From positions 633,342 through 697,341 of the forward strand of contig OY781043.1 in NCBI GenBank assembly GCA_963676165.1: 64,000 nt of DNA, read 5' to 3'. Shown here piece after piece: positions 48,463 through 57,348 of this stretch; the first letter of the stretch is position 1, and each line of letters begins with the position of its first letter. The translations under genes and the position numbers were made by a program. Under the pieces are notes generated by a model. That model made no database searches, was not told the DNA's origin, and saw only the letters and a list, made by a program, of their open reading frames with translations. Origin of the DNA: Bacteroidales bacterium (lineage in GTDB: Bacteria > Bacteroidota > Bacteroidia > Bacteroidales > ML635J-15).

Positions 48463-49245
48463 TTATTCTCCGCTAGTACCATCTGGTGTTAGCAATGTTT
48501 TTTGTTGATATCCAATTTCACTATAAGAAGATCCTGCAATGTCTGCAGTTGATTGGTAGAAGTTGTTAATGTTTTGTGACATATGGATTTCTTTACTTTT
48601 CAGCATGTCAAGTTCCCACAAATGACTCATTTCTCCATTATCATAACTGTATGTCCAAGCTTCCACAGTTGTGTTTTGTTCAGGTTCAGCTTCCGGATCA
48701 TCTGTTTGGATTGATTCTACAGTTGTATGAACAACTCGTGAATTCAAAATAACTAAGGAAATTCTTTCTTTGTTTGAGTAATCATCAATACCCGCAAGGA
48801 AATTCCATGTCCCATCCATGGTTTCTTTTACTGTAAACGTAGTTGTTGTAGTTTCCAGTGTTTCATCATCAGTTTCTTTTGTGACAATTTGATATTCATA
48901 AACCGAAGTGAAATAACCGTTTTTGTCAAAAGTCATTTTGTTGTCCAAAACAGTACCTTCAACTTCAACAGGATCTTCGTCACTTCCTACAGTTGTTGTA
49001 GTTTCAAGCCATTCTTCGCCTTGAACATCAGTTATTACCCGAAGTACGGTATTGTTGTCAAGCCCGTAAATTTGTTGCACGTTTTTGTAATACGTATTTA
49101 CTTCCCAATCTCCTATAACTCTTGCCTTACGTGTACGTAGGGAAATAAAAGGATCATCTTCTCCAACGCCGAAACATCCGGTGAAAATTGGAAGAATTAC
49201 CACAGCCAGTAAAACCAGTAGGATGGTAGATTTTTTTGTGTTCAT
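48463..49245 (-). CDS. hypothetical lipoprotein
   Basis: Lipobox (IFTGC). 260 aa, acidic and Thr-rich. No motif recognised. Confidence 0.5.
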   Translation of the reverse strand: MNTKKSTILLVLLAVVILPIFTGCFGVGEDDPFISLRTRKARVIGDWEVNTYYKNVQQIYGLDNNTVLRVITDVQGEEWLETTTTVGSDEDPVEVEGTVLDNKMTFDKNGYFTSVYEYQIVTKETDDETLETTTTTFTVKETMDGTWNFLAGIDDYSNKERISLVILNSRVVHTTVESIQTDDPEAEPEQNTTVEAWTYSYDNGEMSHLWELDMLKSKEIHMSQNINNFYQSTADIAGSSYSEIGYQQKTLLTPDGTSGE

Positions 49246-49283
49246 CTGATATCAGGTTTAATCACAGTTCATTTCTAATCACA

Positions 49284-49291
49284 CAAAAGTA
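49284..49291 (-). promoter_or_regulatory. candidate -7 box (TACTTTTG on the minus strand)
   Basis: Plus-strand CAAAAGTA lies 39 nt upstream of the ATG at 49245. Confidence 0.3.
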
Positions 49292-49387
49292 TCTTTATTT
49301 TATTAAATTACACAAAATATTTGACACTTTTTTTTGATTTAGCACTAAAATACGAAAAAAAATCAACATCAAGACCCTTTTTCTGTT

Positions 49388-49395
49388 TAATTTTG
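49388..49395 (+). promoter_or_regulatory. candidate -7 box TAATTTTG for the proline dehydrogenase gene
   Basis: Matches TAnnTTTG and lies 27 nt upstream of the ATG at 49422. Confidence 0.3.
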
Positions 49396-49421
49396 AGAAA
49401 ATTACGTAAATTTTATTGCAC

Positions 49422-50570
49422 ATGATTAATTTTAAAAACACTCAGGATGCTTTTGCATATAAATCCATACCTGAACTTAAACGAGCAATTTTTATTTTTA
49501 AATTGTTTAAACGTCCATTTTTGTCTTCTGTTTTACAATCGCTTTTGCGTTTTGCCTTATTTCTAAGAATTCCTGTTGGATGGGCAGTAAAACCAACGGT
49601 TTATGGGCATTTTGTGGGTGGGAAAACCCTACAAGATTGTGATCCTGTAATTCATCGTATGTCTCAATATGGTGTCGAAAGTATTCTCGATTATTCGGTG
49701 GAATCTGGTGGTTCCTTGGAGTCGATAAATCATGCGATGAAAGAAACACAAGCTTCCATTAAATTTGCTGCTTCAAATGATAACATTCCTTTCGCTGTTT
49801 TTAAGCCGAGTGCAATGACATACGAATGGGTGTTGGAGGGGGAACCGAGAGAAAATTACCGGCAGGAAGTGGAAATATTTCGTCAGCGATTATTTGACTT
49901 GTTTCAAATGGCAGCAAAGCATGATATTCCTATTTTGGTTGATGCTGAAGAGGTTTCTTGGCAATTCCTAATAGATGAGGTTGTTGAAGAGGGAATGGCG
50001 CACTTTAATAAGTCGAAAGCCATTGTTTTTCAAACCTTGCAAATGTATCGTACCGATCGTATTGAATATTTGCACAGAGTGATTAATGAAGCACGATCAG
50101 AAAATTATTTTTTGGGAATAAAACTTGTGAGAGGGGCCTATATGGAAAAAGAGCGTGCAATTGCCCGAAAAAAAAGAGTTCCTTCACCAATTCATCCGAC
50201 AAAAGAAGAAACAGATCGTGCATATAATAAGGCTTTAGAAATTTGCGTTCAACATATTGATATTGTGTCAGTCTTTAATGGGACACATAATCAGGAGTCT
50301 TGCCAATTGCTTACTGAACTTATGGACAAAAAACAATTGGAAAAGAATGATAAAAATGTTTATTTTGTTCAACTATATGGCATGAGTGATAATCTGAGTT
50401 TTGCCTTAGCAAAAGCAGGATATCGGGTTGCAAAGTATGTTCCTTATGGTCCAGTGAAGTATGTTATGCCATATTTAATGAGAAGAGCAGAGGAAAATTC
50501 TTCCGTTTCAGAACAAGCTGCAGGAGAATTGAAATTGCTAAAACAAGAATTGAAACGACGTAAAAACTAA
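49422..50570 (+). CDS. proline dehydrogenase family protein
   Basis: About 383 aa with VDAEE...LVRGAYMEKER...YGM...RRAEENSS motifs typical of monofunctional PRODH. The first ATG is at 49422. Confidence 0.75.
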   Translation: MINFKNTQDAFAYKSIPELKRAIFIFKLFKRPFLSSVLQSLLRFALFLRIPVGWAVKPTVYGHFVGGKTLQDCDPVIHRMSQYGVESILDYSVESGGSLESINHAMKETQASIKFAASNDNIPFAVFKPSAMTYEWVLEGEPRENYRQEVEIFRQRLFDLFQMAAKHDIPILVDAEEVSWQFLIDEVVEEGMAHFNKSKAIVFQTLQMYRTDRIEYLHRVINEARSENYFLGIKLVRGAYMEKERAIARKKRVPSPIHPTKEETDRAYNKALEICVQHIDIVSVFNGTHNQESCQLLTELMDKKQLEKNDKNVYFVQLYGMSDNLSFALAKAGYRVAKYVPYGPVKYVMPYLMRRAEENSSVSEQAAGELKLLKQELKRRKN

Positions 50571-50573
50571 AGC

Positions 50574-51035
50574 ATGACAATTAACAACAAAGACTTATCC
50601 ACAAAAATCCGTTTTGGATTTATGTTCGGGATATTATTTTACCTAATATTTATTGTTTTATCTTTTGTGTTTAAATGGACACCTGAGAATCATATGTTTC
50701 AATTAATGCTTTCATGTTTATTTGCTTTGGCATTGTTGTATTTTTTTATGAAAGGGTATAATTACATTTATTTTAACCCTGATGGATCCAAAATAATACT
50801 GAGATACATGCCTTTGCAACCTTTTTTGTATGGTACGTATTCAATCGAAATTCCGAAACAAGAATTTGTGAGATATAATGTTAAAACCACCTTGTTTGGA
50901 ATGCGGAAGTCAATAATTCTGTATCAGAAAACCGAGAGAGGCTTGTCTAAATATCGCCCAGTGAGTTTATCATCCTTGAAAAATTCTGAAAAACGAGATT
51001 TGCTTGAAGTGTTAGATCGATTGTCCATGGCATAA
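50574..51035 (+). CDS. hypothetical membrane protein
   Basis: Two N-terminal TM helices followed by a roughly 90-aa soluble domain. It is tightly linked to the upstream gene (3-nt gap). Confidence 0.4.
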   Translation: MTINNKDLSTKIRFGFMFGILFYLIFIVLSFVFKWTPENHMFQLMLSCLFALALLYFFMKGYNYIYFNPDGSKIILRYMPLQPFLYGTYSIEIPKQEFVRYNVKTTLFGMRKSIILYQKTERGLSKYRPVSLSSLKNSEKRDLLEVLDRLSMA

Positions 51036-51044
51036 AACCAACGT

Positions 51045-51524
51045 ATGAAAAAAATCTTTGTCTTCTTGTTACTATTCTTTGTTTTGCGTGTTTCTGCTCA
51101 AGATAAGGAAAATGCAATCGGTGTAAGATTAGGACTAGTTCAAGGGATTTCTTTTCAGCATTTGTCCTCTTCAAAGCTAAGTTTTGAAGGCTTGTTGGCA
51201 ATGTATAGATATGATCCTGCCGTACTTGGTTTTATTCAATACCGTTTCCCCGGTTTTTTGAATCACGATGCAATGTCATTAATGTTTGGGTTAGGATTTC
51301 ATGTCGCATATATTCGAGGCTATAAAAACTTTGAATGGTATCCTGATTATGATGATCAACAAATACGACATTTTATTTCTGGAGTGGATGTTCAACTCGG
51401 AATAAACTATAATTTGCCAGATTTGCCTATAGGCTTGTCTTTGGATTTTCGTCCGGCTTTTAATTTAATCGGACACAAGGGCTTGTGGTACGGTGCTGCA
51501 CTTAGTTTACGTTATCGATTTTAA
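51045..51524 (+). CDS. hypothetical small outer-membrane beta-barrel-like protein
   Basis: Signal peptide (VSAQ), alternating hydrophobic strands and a C-terminal …LSLRYRF aromatic end. Confidence 0.45.
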   Translation: MKKIFVFLLLFFVLRVSAQDKENAIGVRLGLVQGISFQHLSSSKLSFEGLLAMYRYDPAVLGFIQYRFPGFLNHDAMSLMFGLGFHVAYIRGYKNFEWYPDYDDQQIRHFISGVDVQLGINYNLPDLPIGLSLDFRPAFNLIGHKGLWYGAALSLRYRF

Positions 51525-51526
51525 TC

Positions 51527-52654
51527 ATGGAAATAGCTTTAAATTATCAAATAGCTTTCAGTTTGTTGCCTGGAATTGGTCCGGTCGCTGCACGAAATCT
51601 TCTGGCTTATTTTGGTTCTGCAGAAGAAGTGTTTAAAGTTAAAGCTACTTTTCTTAAAGAGGTCCCTGGAATTGGACAGCGCTTTGCGGATACCATTTTG
51701 CATAATCGACAAACTGCACTTGAACTTGCTGAGGAAGAACTGAAATACATTGAGTTAAACGATGTAAGGACTTTGTCTTTCTTTGAGAAAGAGTTTCCCA
51801 AGAAACTAAAGCAATGTCAGGATTCTCCTATGATGATATATTACTTGGGTAAAAAGCCTGTTTGGGATGGAATTAGTCTCGGGGTAGTCGGAACGCGTCG
51901 TGCTACTCGTAAAGGAAGAGACTTAACTCGTAAATTAATTACGGACATTAAAAAGGACGGATTAGAACCATTGATAGTCTCTGGTTTAGCATATGGTATT
52001 GATATTGAGGCACACCTTTCTGCTATGGATAATGATTTGATTACATGGGCAGTTTTGGGACACGGCTTTGATATTATCTATCCGGCTGTCCACCGACAAT
52101 ATGCTGAGCGAATTAAAGATACTGGTGGAACATTAATTTCTGAATATCCTAGCGTCTTAACACGCGATAAAAAACATTTTGTGAAACGAAATCGAATTAT
52201 CGCTGGTCTGTCTGATGCTTTGGTGGTGTCGGAATCTGCCAAGAAAGGAGGAGCTATGGTTACTGCCGATGTTGCAAATTCATACAATAGAGATGTGTTT
52301 GCATTTCCAGGGCGACCTGGAGATAAAGTCTCTGAAGGATGCAATCATTTAATTAAAACCAATCGTGCAGCATTGATTGAAAGTGCAGAGGATTAGCTTT
52401 ATCATACTGGCTGGACACCCAACAAAGCAAGACAACAAAAGCAAAGAGATATTGCTTTTGATATTTCTCTGGATGACAATGAAAAAGTGATTCTTGATAT
52501 TATAAAAGAAAAAGAATATTGCGATTTGGATCAGTTGAAGAATTTAAGTCAATTCAACATTGCAGATTTATCCATGAGTCTTTTATCTCTTGAGATGAAA
52601 TCGCTAATTTCTGCGCTTCCCGGAAAGATTTATTCCATAAAGTCTCTACCTTAA
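51527..52654 (+). pseudogene. dprA: DNA processing protein DprA interrupted by one in-frame TAG (52394-52396)
   Basis: Codons 1-289 carry the DprA Rossmann core (VVGTRRAT...SGLAYGIDIEAH...GGAMVTAD). After the TAG the same frame stays open for 86 codons (LYHTGW...LDDNEKVILDII...LSLEMKSLISALPGKIYSIKSLP, then TAA at 52652-52654). That stretch looks like the DprA C-terminal winged-helix domain. Confidence 0.7.
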
Positions 52655-52750
52655 TTGATTTTTGTCATGAAATGTTGTTAAACACATAACAATAAAACTG
52701 TAATGTGCATATATATAGCTTGTTAACTTGTTTTGAGCTGTTGCGTAAAA

Positions 52751-52775
52751 AAGTGCTAAAACCTTAGCATTTTAA
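52751..52775 (+). terminator. hairpin with T tail downstream of dprA
   Basis: TGCTAA (52754-52759) pairs with TTAGCA (52764-52769) across a 4-nt loop, followed by TTTT. Confidence 0.4.
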
Positions 52776-52785
52776 AAAATAAATA

Positions 52786-52793
52786 TAAATTTG
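52786..52793 (+). promoter_or_regulatory. candidate -7 box TAAATTTG for gdhA
   Basis: Matches TAnnTTTG and lies 50 nt upstream of the ATG at 52843. Confidence 0.35.
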
Positions 52794-52842
52794 TCATAAG
52801 TAAATTATTATTTCTGTTAGATACTTTAAATAATTAATTAGT

Positions 52843-54189
52843 ATGGAAGCAAAAGTTAAAGAATTCATGGACAAAGTGGTTGCAGTTAATCCTGATCAAC
52901 CAGAATTTATTCAAGCTGTTCACGAAGTAGCTGAAAAGCTTATTCCTTTTATTGAAGAAAATCCTAAGTATAAAGATGCTAAGGTTCTTGAACGTATGGT
53001 TGAGCCGGAACGTACTATCATGTTCCGTGTACCATGGGTTGATGACAATGGTGAAATTCAGGTTAACCGTGGTTACCGTGTTGAATTCAATTCGGCAATT
53101 GGACCATATAAAGGTGGACTACGTTTTCATCCAAGCGTAACACTTTCAATTTTGAAATTCCTCGGTTTCGAGCAAATTTTCAAAAATTCGTTAACTACTC
53201 TTCCAATGGGTGGTGGTAAAGGTGGATCTGATTTCAACCCTAAAGGAAAATCAGATGCTGAAGTTATGCGTTTTTGCCAAAGCTTCATGACTGAGTTAAG
53301 CCGTCACATTGGTCCTAATACTGATGTTCCTGCTGGAGATATCGGTGTTGGTGGTCGTGAAATCGGTTTCTTGTTTGGTCAATACAAACGTTTGAGAAAC
53401 GAATTCACTGGCGTTCTTACAGGTAAAGGTCGCGAATGGGGTGGATCACTCGCACGTCCAGAAGCTACTGGTTTTGGTGCTGTTTATTTCGCTCACAATA
53501 TGTTAAAAACTAAAGGAATGGATTTCAATGGTAAAACTGTTGCTGTTTCTGGTTTCGGTAATGTTGCTTGGGGTGCTTGCCAAAAAGTTGCTGAACTTGG
53601 TGGTAAAGTTGTTACTGTTTCAGGTCCTGACGGATATATCTACGATCCAGAAGGTATTATTACTGAAGAAAAATTCAACTACCTCCTCGAATTGCGTGCT
53701 ACTAACAACGATGTTGTAGCTCCTTACGCTGAACGTTTTGCTTCTGCTACTTTCTTTGCAGGAAAACGTCCTTGGGAACAAAAAGTTGATGTTGCTATTC
53801 CTTGTGCAACTCAAAATGAATTGAACGGAGATGATGCTAAAACATTGGTTGCTAATGGCGTAGTTGCTGTTACTGAAGGTGCTAATATGCCTTGTACTCC
53901 TGAAGCTGTTGAAGCTTTTGCTGAAGCTAAAGTTCTTTTCGCTCCTGGTAAAGCTGCTAATGCTGGTGGTGTTGCTGTTTCAGGTCTTGAAATGTCACAA
54001 AACTCAATGCGTTACAACTGGACTTTCGAAGAAGTTGATGCTAAACTTCAACAAATTATGTCTGACATTCACGAAACTTGTGTTAAGTTTGGTAAAGAAG
54101 CTGATGGTCACATTGACTATGTTAAAGGTGCAAACATCGGTGGATTCGTGAAAGTTGCTGATTCTATGTTAGCTCAAGGTCTTGTTTAA
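52843..54189 (+). CDS. gdhA: NADP-specific glutamate dehydrogenase
   Basis: GPYKGGLRFHPSV and LPMGGGKGGSDFNPKGKS motifs. 448 aa. Codon choice is strongly biased (GCT/GTT/GGT-rich), consistent with high expression. Confidence 0.95.
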   Translation: MEAKVKEFMDKVVAVNPDQPEFIQAVHEVAEKLIPFIEENPKYKDAKVLERMVEPERTIMFRVPWVDDNGEIQVNRGYRVEFNSAIGPYKGGLRFHPSVTLSILKFLGFEQIFKNSLTTLPMGGGKGGSDFNPKGKSDAEVMRFCQSFMTELSRHIGPNTDVPAGDIGVGGREIGFLFGQYKRLRNEFTGVLTGKGREWGGSLARPEATGFGAVYFAHNMLKTKGMDFNGKTVAVSGFGNVAWGACQKVAELGGKVVTVSGPDGYIYDPEGIITEEKFNYLLELRATNNDVVAPYAERFASATFFAGKRPWEQKVDVAIPCATQNELNGDDAKTLVANGVVAVTEGANMPCTPEAVEAFAEAKVLFAPGKAANAGGVAVSGLEMSQNSMRYNWTFEEVDAKLQQIMSDIHETCVKFGKEADGHIDYVKGANIGGFVKVADSMLAQGLV

Positions 54190-54215
54190 TTACTTGCCTT
54201 TAAGATATATATTGG

Positions 54216-54246
54216 GAGGCTGTCATTTGACAGCCTCTTTTTTTAT
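54216..54246 (+). terminator. rho-independent terminator after gdhA
   Basis: GAGGCTGTCA (54216-54225) pairs perfectly with TGACAGCCTC (54228-54237), followed by T8. Confidence 0.9.
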
Positions 54247-54266
54247 TATCATACCTCAATAAAGTT

Positions 54267-54274
54267 TAGCTTTG
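54267..54274 (+). promoter_or_regulatory. candidate -7 box TAGCTTTG for tatD
   Basis: Matches TAnnTTTG and lies 39 nt upstream of the ATG at 54313. Confidence 0.3.
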
Positions 54275-54312
54275 TACAATAATTTAAAGTAAGATTCAGT
54301 TAGAATTTAGTT

Positions 54313-55074
54313 ATGATTGATACGCATACTCACATTTATTTGTCAGAGTTTAATGAAGATCGAATGCAAGTTGTTGATCGTGCAAAAGAGTTAAATGTTG
54401 AAGCATTGATATTGCCCAATATTGATTTGGATTCCATTGACGCGATGAATAAAACATGTCTTGAATTTCCAAACTATGCATATCCATTAATGGGATTACA
54501 TCCTTCCTCTGTTGATGCTAATTTTGAAACAGTATTGATGAGGATTGAAAATGAGTTGAAACAAAATGATTTTATAGGCATAGGAGAAATAGGGATTGAT
54601 CTGTATTGGGAAAAAGCATTTGCAGAACAGCAGAAAGAAGCATTTCGAGTACAATCAAACTGGGCTGCTGATGCCGATTTGCCTGTATCAATTCACTCGC
54701 GAGCAGCTTATGATGAAGTTATTTCAGTGCTTAAGTCGTTGAAAGTGATGCCTAAGGGAGTTTTTCATTGTTTTGGAGGCAACGTTTCGCAAGCTAAAGA
54801 AGTTATACAAATGGGGTTTCATTTAGGAATAGGTGGTGTGGTAAGCTTTAAGAACTCCGATTTAAGAAATGTTCTCGAACATATTGATCCGAAGTACATC
54901 GTACTGGAAACAGATGCACCTTACTTGGCGCCGCATCCATTCCGTGGTAAACGAAATGAACCGGCGTATTTGAAAAATATCGTGCAAGTTTTGAGTGAAG
55001 TATATTCCATCTCGATTGAAAATCTTGATAATTTGACAAGTCAAACAAGCAAAGAATTGTTTGTAATCGAATAA
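54313..55074 (+). CDS. tatD: TatD-family metal-dependent hydrolase
   Basis: MIDTHTHIY (HxH), GEIGIDLYW, SIHSR and ETDAPYL motifs. Confidence 0.85.
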   Translation: MIDTHTHIYLSEFNEDRMQVVDRAKELNVEALILPNIDLDSIDAMNKTCLEFPNYAYPLMGLHPSSVDANFETVLMRIENELKQNDFIGIGEIGIDLYWEKAFAEQQKEAFRVQSNWAADADLPVSIHSRAAYDEVISVLKSLKVMPKGVFHCFGGNVSQAKEVIQMGFHLGIGGVVSFKNSDLRNVLEHIDPKYIVLETDAPYLAPHPFRGKRNEPAYLKNIVQVLSEVYSISIENLDNLTSQTSKELFVIE

Positions 55075-55196
55075 AAAAAGAGCAAGCGACTAGATAAGGT
55101 GGATAAATTCACCCAAAGATATTTTTTAAGCTGGAAATATTTTTATAATTTGCAGCCTCAAAAATTTGAACGTTCATTGAGAAAGTAAATTAGCCG

Positions 55197-55284
55197 GGAG
55201 AGGTGCAGGAGTGGCTTAACTGGCACGCCTGGAAAGCGTGTGTGCCCCAAAAGGGTACCGAGGGTTCGAATCCCTCCCTCTCCG
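55197..55284 (+). tRNA. tRNA-Ser (anticodon GGA), class II with a long variable arm
   Basis: Hand fold. Acceptor GGAGAGG pairs with CCTCTCC plus discriminator G. D stem CAG/CTG. Anticodon stem CACGC/GCGTG with loop CTGGAAA. Variable arm TGCCC-CAAAA-GGGTA. T arm GAGGG-TTCGAAT-CCCTC. No encoded CCA. Confidence 0.9.
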
Positions 55285-55334
55285 CGATTTTGAATATAAA
55301 TTGAAAATAATTAACATTAAATGTTGTTTTAACC

Positions 55335-56192
55335 ATGAAAAAGTTATTAGCATTACTTACAGTAGCAGCAATGCTCACATTTGGAGTTGCAAACTCAGTT
55401 TACGCACAAGAAGAAGTCGTAGAAAATGATGAAAACGCAACCGAACAAGTTGAAGAAACAAATGCCGACGCTCAGGAAGAAGAAGCTGTAGAAGCACCTA
55501 CAGAAGAAACTTCTGAAGAAGAAGCAGAAGAAGGAACAACTGAAGAAGAAAAAGTGCCAATGCACCAACAGTTGAAAATTAAATTCATTGAAGGTGGACC
55601 TGCATTTATGGGTTTTGTACTCATTTCTTTAATCCTTGGTCTTGCAATCGCATTTGAACGTATTATCTATTTGAACCTCGCTGGTACAAATACTGACAAA
55701 CTTCTCAGAAAAGTAGAAGATGCTCTTGCTGAAGGTGGAGTGGAAGCTGCTAAAGACGTTTGCCGTAATACTAGAGGTCCTGTAGCTAGTATTTTCTATC
55801 AAGGTCTTGATCGTTACGAAGCAGGTATCGACGTTGTTGAAAAATCTGTTGTTTCTTACGGTTCTGTTCAAATGAGCCTTTTGGAACGTAACCTTACTTG
55901 GATTGCACTCTTTATTGCAGTTGCTCCTATGTTAGGATTTATGGGTACTGTAATTGGTATGATTGGAGCTTTCGATGCTATCGAGGCTGCTGGTGATATC
56001 AATCCATCTTTGGTTGCTGGAGGTATTAAAGTAGCACTTATCACAACCGTATCTGGTTTGATCGTTGCTGTTATCCTTCAGGTTTTCTATAATTATATCG
56101 TATCAAAAATTGATGCCATTGTGACTCAAATGGAAGATGCTTCCATTTCTTTGATTGATATTTTAACTGAATACAAGAACAAAAACGCATAA
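55335..56192 (+). CDS. exbB: MotA/TolQ/ExbB proton-channel protein with an acidic N-terminal extension
   Basis: Signal-like N-terminus, an E-rich tract of about 50 aa, then three TM helices with MLGFMGTVIGMIGAFDAI, the ExbB signature. Confidence 0.85.
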   Translation: MKKLLALLTVAAMLTFGVANSVYAQEEVVENDENATEQVEETNADAQEEEAVEAPTEETSEEEAEEGTTEEEKVPMHQQLKIKFIEGGPAFMGFVLISLILGLAIAFERIIYLNLAGTNTDKLLRKVEDALAEGGVEAAKDVCRNTRGPVASIFYQGLDRYEAGIDVVEKSVVSYGSVQMSLLERNLTWIALFIAVAPMLGFMGTVIGMIGAFDAIEAAGDINPSLVAGGIKVALITTVSGLIVAVILQVFYNYIVSKIDAIVTQMEDASISLIDILTEYKNKNA

Positions 56193-56197
56193 GCACC

Positions 56198-56707
56198 ATG
56201 TTAAATAAAATATTTAAATACGTTTACTGGGCACTTATTGTTGTGTCAGTAGTGCTGGCAGGAATTTTCTTCCTGAAACAGTCTCCTGTCCTACAAGACC
56301 AGTTAGATGCCGCTTCAAAACTGTCCTCAGAACTCAAAGTCGCAGAGGTTGAATCAATTGCTAACGACTGGAGTGGAACTATTTTTATCTGGGGTATCAT
56401 CCTTTTTGTTGTCGTTGCTGCAATTACAGTATTGTCTGGAGTATATAAGTTTGTGACTTCTATGATTGAATCTAAAAAAGGTCTTATCAGAAGCCTTGTT
56501 TCAATCGGTATTATTGCACTTGTTGTTATTCTCGGATTTACTTTCGCTAGCGATGCAATTCCTGAGATGAACCTGGATAAGCTCGATTTTGAAGTGACTG
56601 CCAGCATGTCTAAAAATGTTGGATCTGTACTCTACATTACATACCTATTCCTTGCTTTGGCTATAGTAGGTGTTGTATATGTCGAGATATCAAAACTTTG
56701 GAAATAA
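56198..56707 (+). CDS. hypothetical four-TM membrane protein encoded between exbB and exbD
   Basis: 169 aa with four predicted TM helices. It starts 5 nt after the exbB stop. Confidence 0.5.
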   Translation: MLNKIFKYVYWALIVVSVVLAGIFFLKQSPVLQDQLDAASKLSSELKVAEVESIANDWSGTIFIWGIILFVVVAAITVLSGVYKFVTSMIESKKGLIRSLVSIGIIALVVILGFTFASDAIPEMNLDKLDFEVTASMSKNVGSVLYITYLFLALAIVGVVYVEISKLWK

Positions 56708-56720
56708 TCATGTTAATTTG

Positions 56721-56744
56721 GTCATCCGTTTAATCACGGATGAC
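56721..56744 (+). other. intra-operon stem-loop between the 169-aa gene and exbD
   Basis: GTCATCCGT (56721-56729) pairs perfectly with ACGGATGAC (56736-56744) across a 6-nt loop. Only three T residues follow. Confidence 0.4.
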
Positions 56745-56766
56745 TTTAACATAAAATCATTGAATT

Positions 56767-57345
56767 ATGCCAAGACGCGAAACACCTGAAATAAACGGAG
56801 GTTCCATGGCGGACATCGCTTTCCTGCTCCTGATCTTCTTCCTCGTAACAACTACGATGGATGTTGATACCGGAATATCAAGGAAACTCCCACCAATGCC
56901 GGAAAAAGAAACTGTTGATGAGCCAGTTGATATTAAGGAACGTAACCTTTTTATTGTGCTAATTAATAAAGACGATTTGTTATTGGTTCAGGGAGAACTT
57001 ATGGAAATCCGTGATTTGAAAGATAAAGCCAAAGAGTTTATTTTGAATGAAAACAATGAGAAACATTTACCTTTAAAGGAGGATACTTATATTCCTGAAT
57101 TGGGTAGAAACTTTATGGTTTCAAAAGGTGTTATTTCATTGCAAAATGACCGTGGTACATCTTACGGAAAATATATTCAAGTACAAAATGAATTGGTTGC
57201 TGCATACAATGAAGTTAGAGAGGATGCTGCCTTTGATGAGTATGGTAAATCGTTTGAAGATTTGACAGAAAAAGAACAGGACGCAATTAAGAAAATGTAT
57301 CCTCAAAGACTTTCTGAAGCAGAACCTAAAAATATAGGAGAATAA
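56767..57345 (+). CDS. exbD: biopolymer transport protein ExbD/TolR
   Basis: SMADIAFLLLIFFLVTTTM TM motif typical of ExbD. 192 aa. Confidence 0.8.
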   Translation: MPRRETPEINGGSMADIAFLLLIFFLVTTTMDVDTGISRKLPPMPEKETVDEPVDIKERNLFIVLINKDDLLLVQGELMEIRDLKDKAKEFILNENNEKHLPLKEDTYIPELGRNFMVSKGVISLQNDRGTSYGKYIQVQNELVAAYNEVREDAAFDEYGKSFEDLTEKEQDAIKKMYPQRLSEAEPKNIGE

Positions 57346-57348
57346 GTT

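Noticed and set aside
53528-54151. Leu/Val/Lys-rich alternative-frame ORFs within gdhA, for example MLLLKVLICLVLLKLLKLLLKLKFF...
   Set aside because: They are an artefact of the extreme GCT/GTT/AAA codon bias of the highly expressed gdhA gene read out of frame.
55144-55152. ATAATTTG upstream of tRNA-Ser as a -7 promoter box.
   Set aside because: It is only a near match, because the first two positions read AT rather than the TA of TAnnTTTG. I did not list it as a feature, although a promoter must exist somewhere in 55075-55196.
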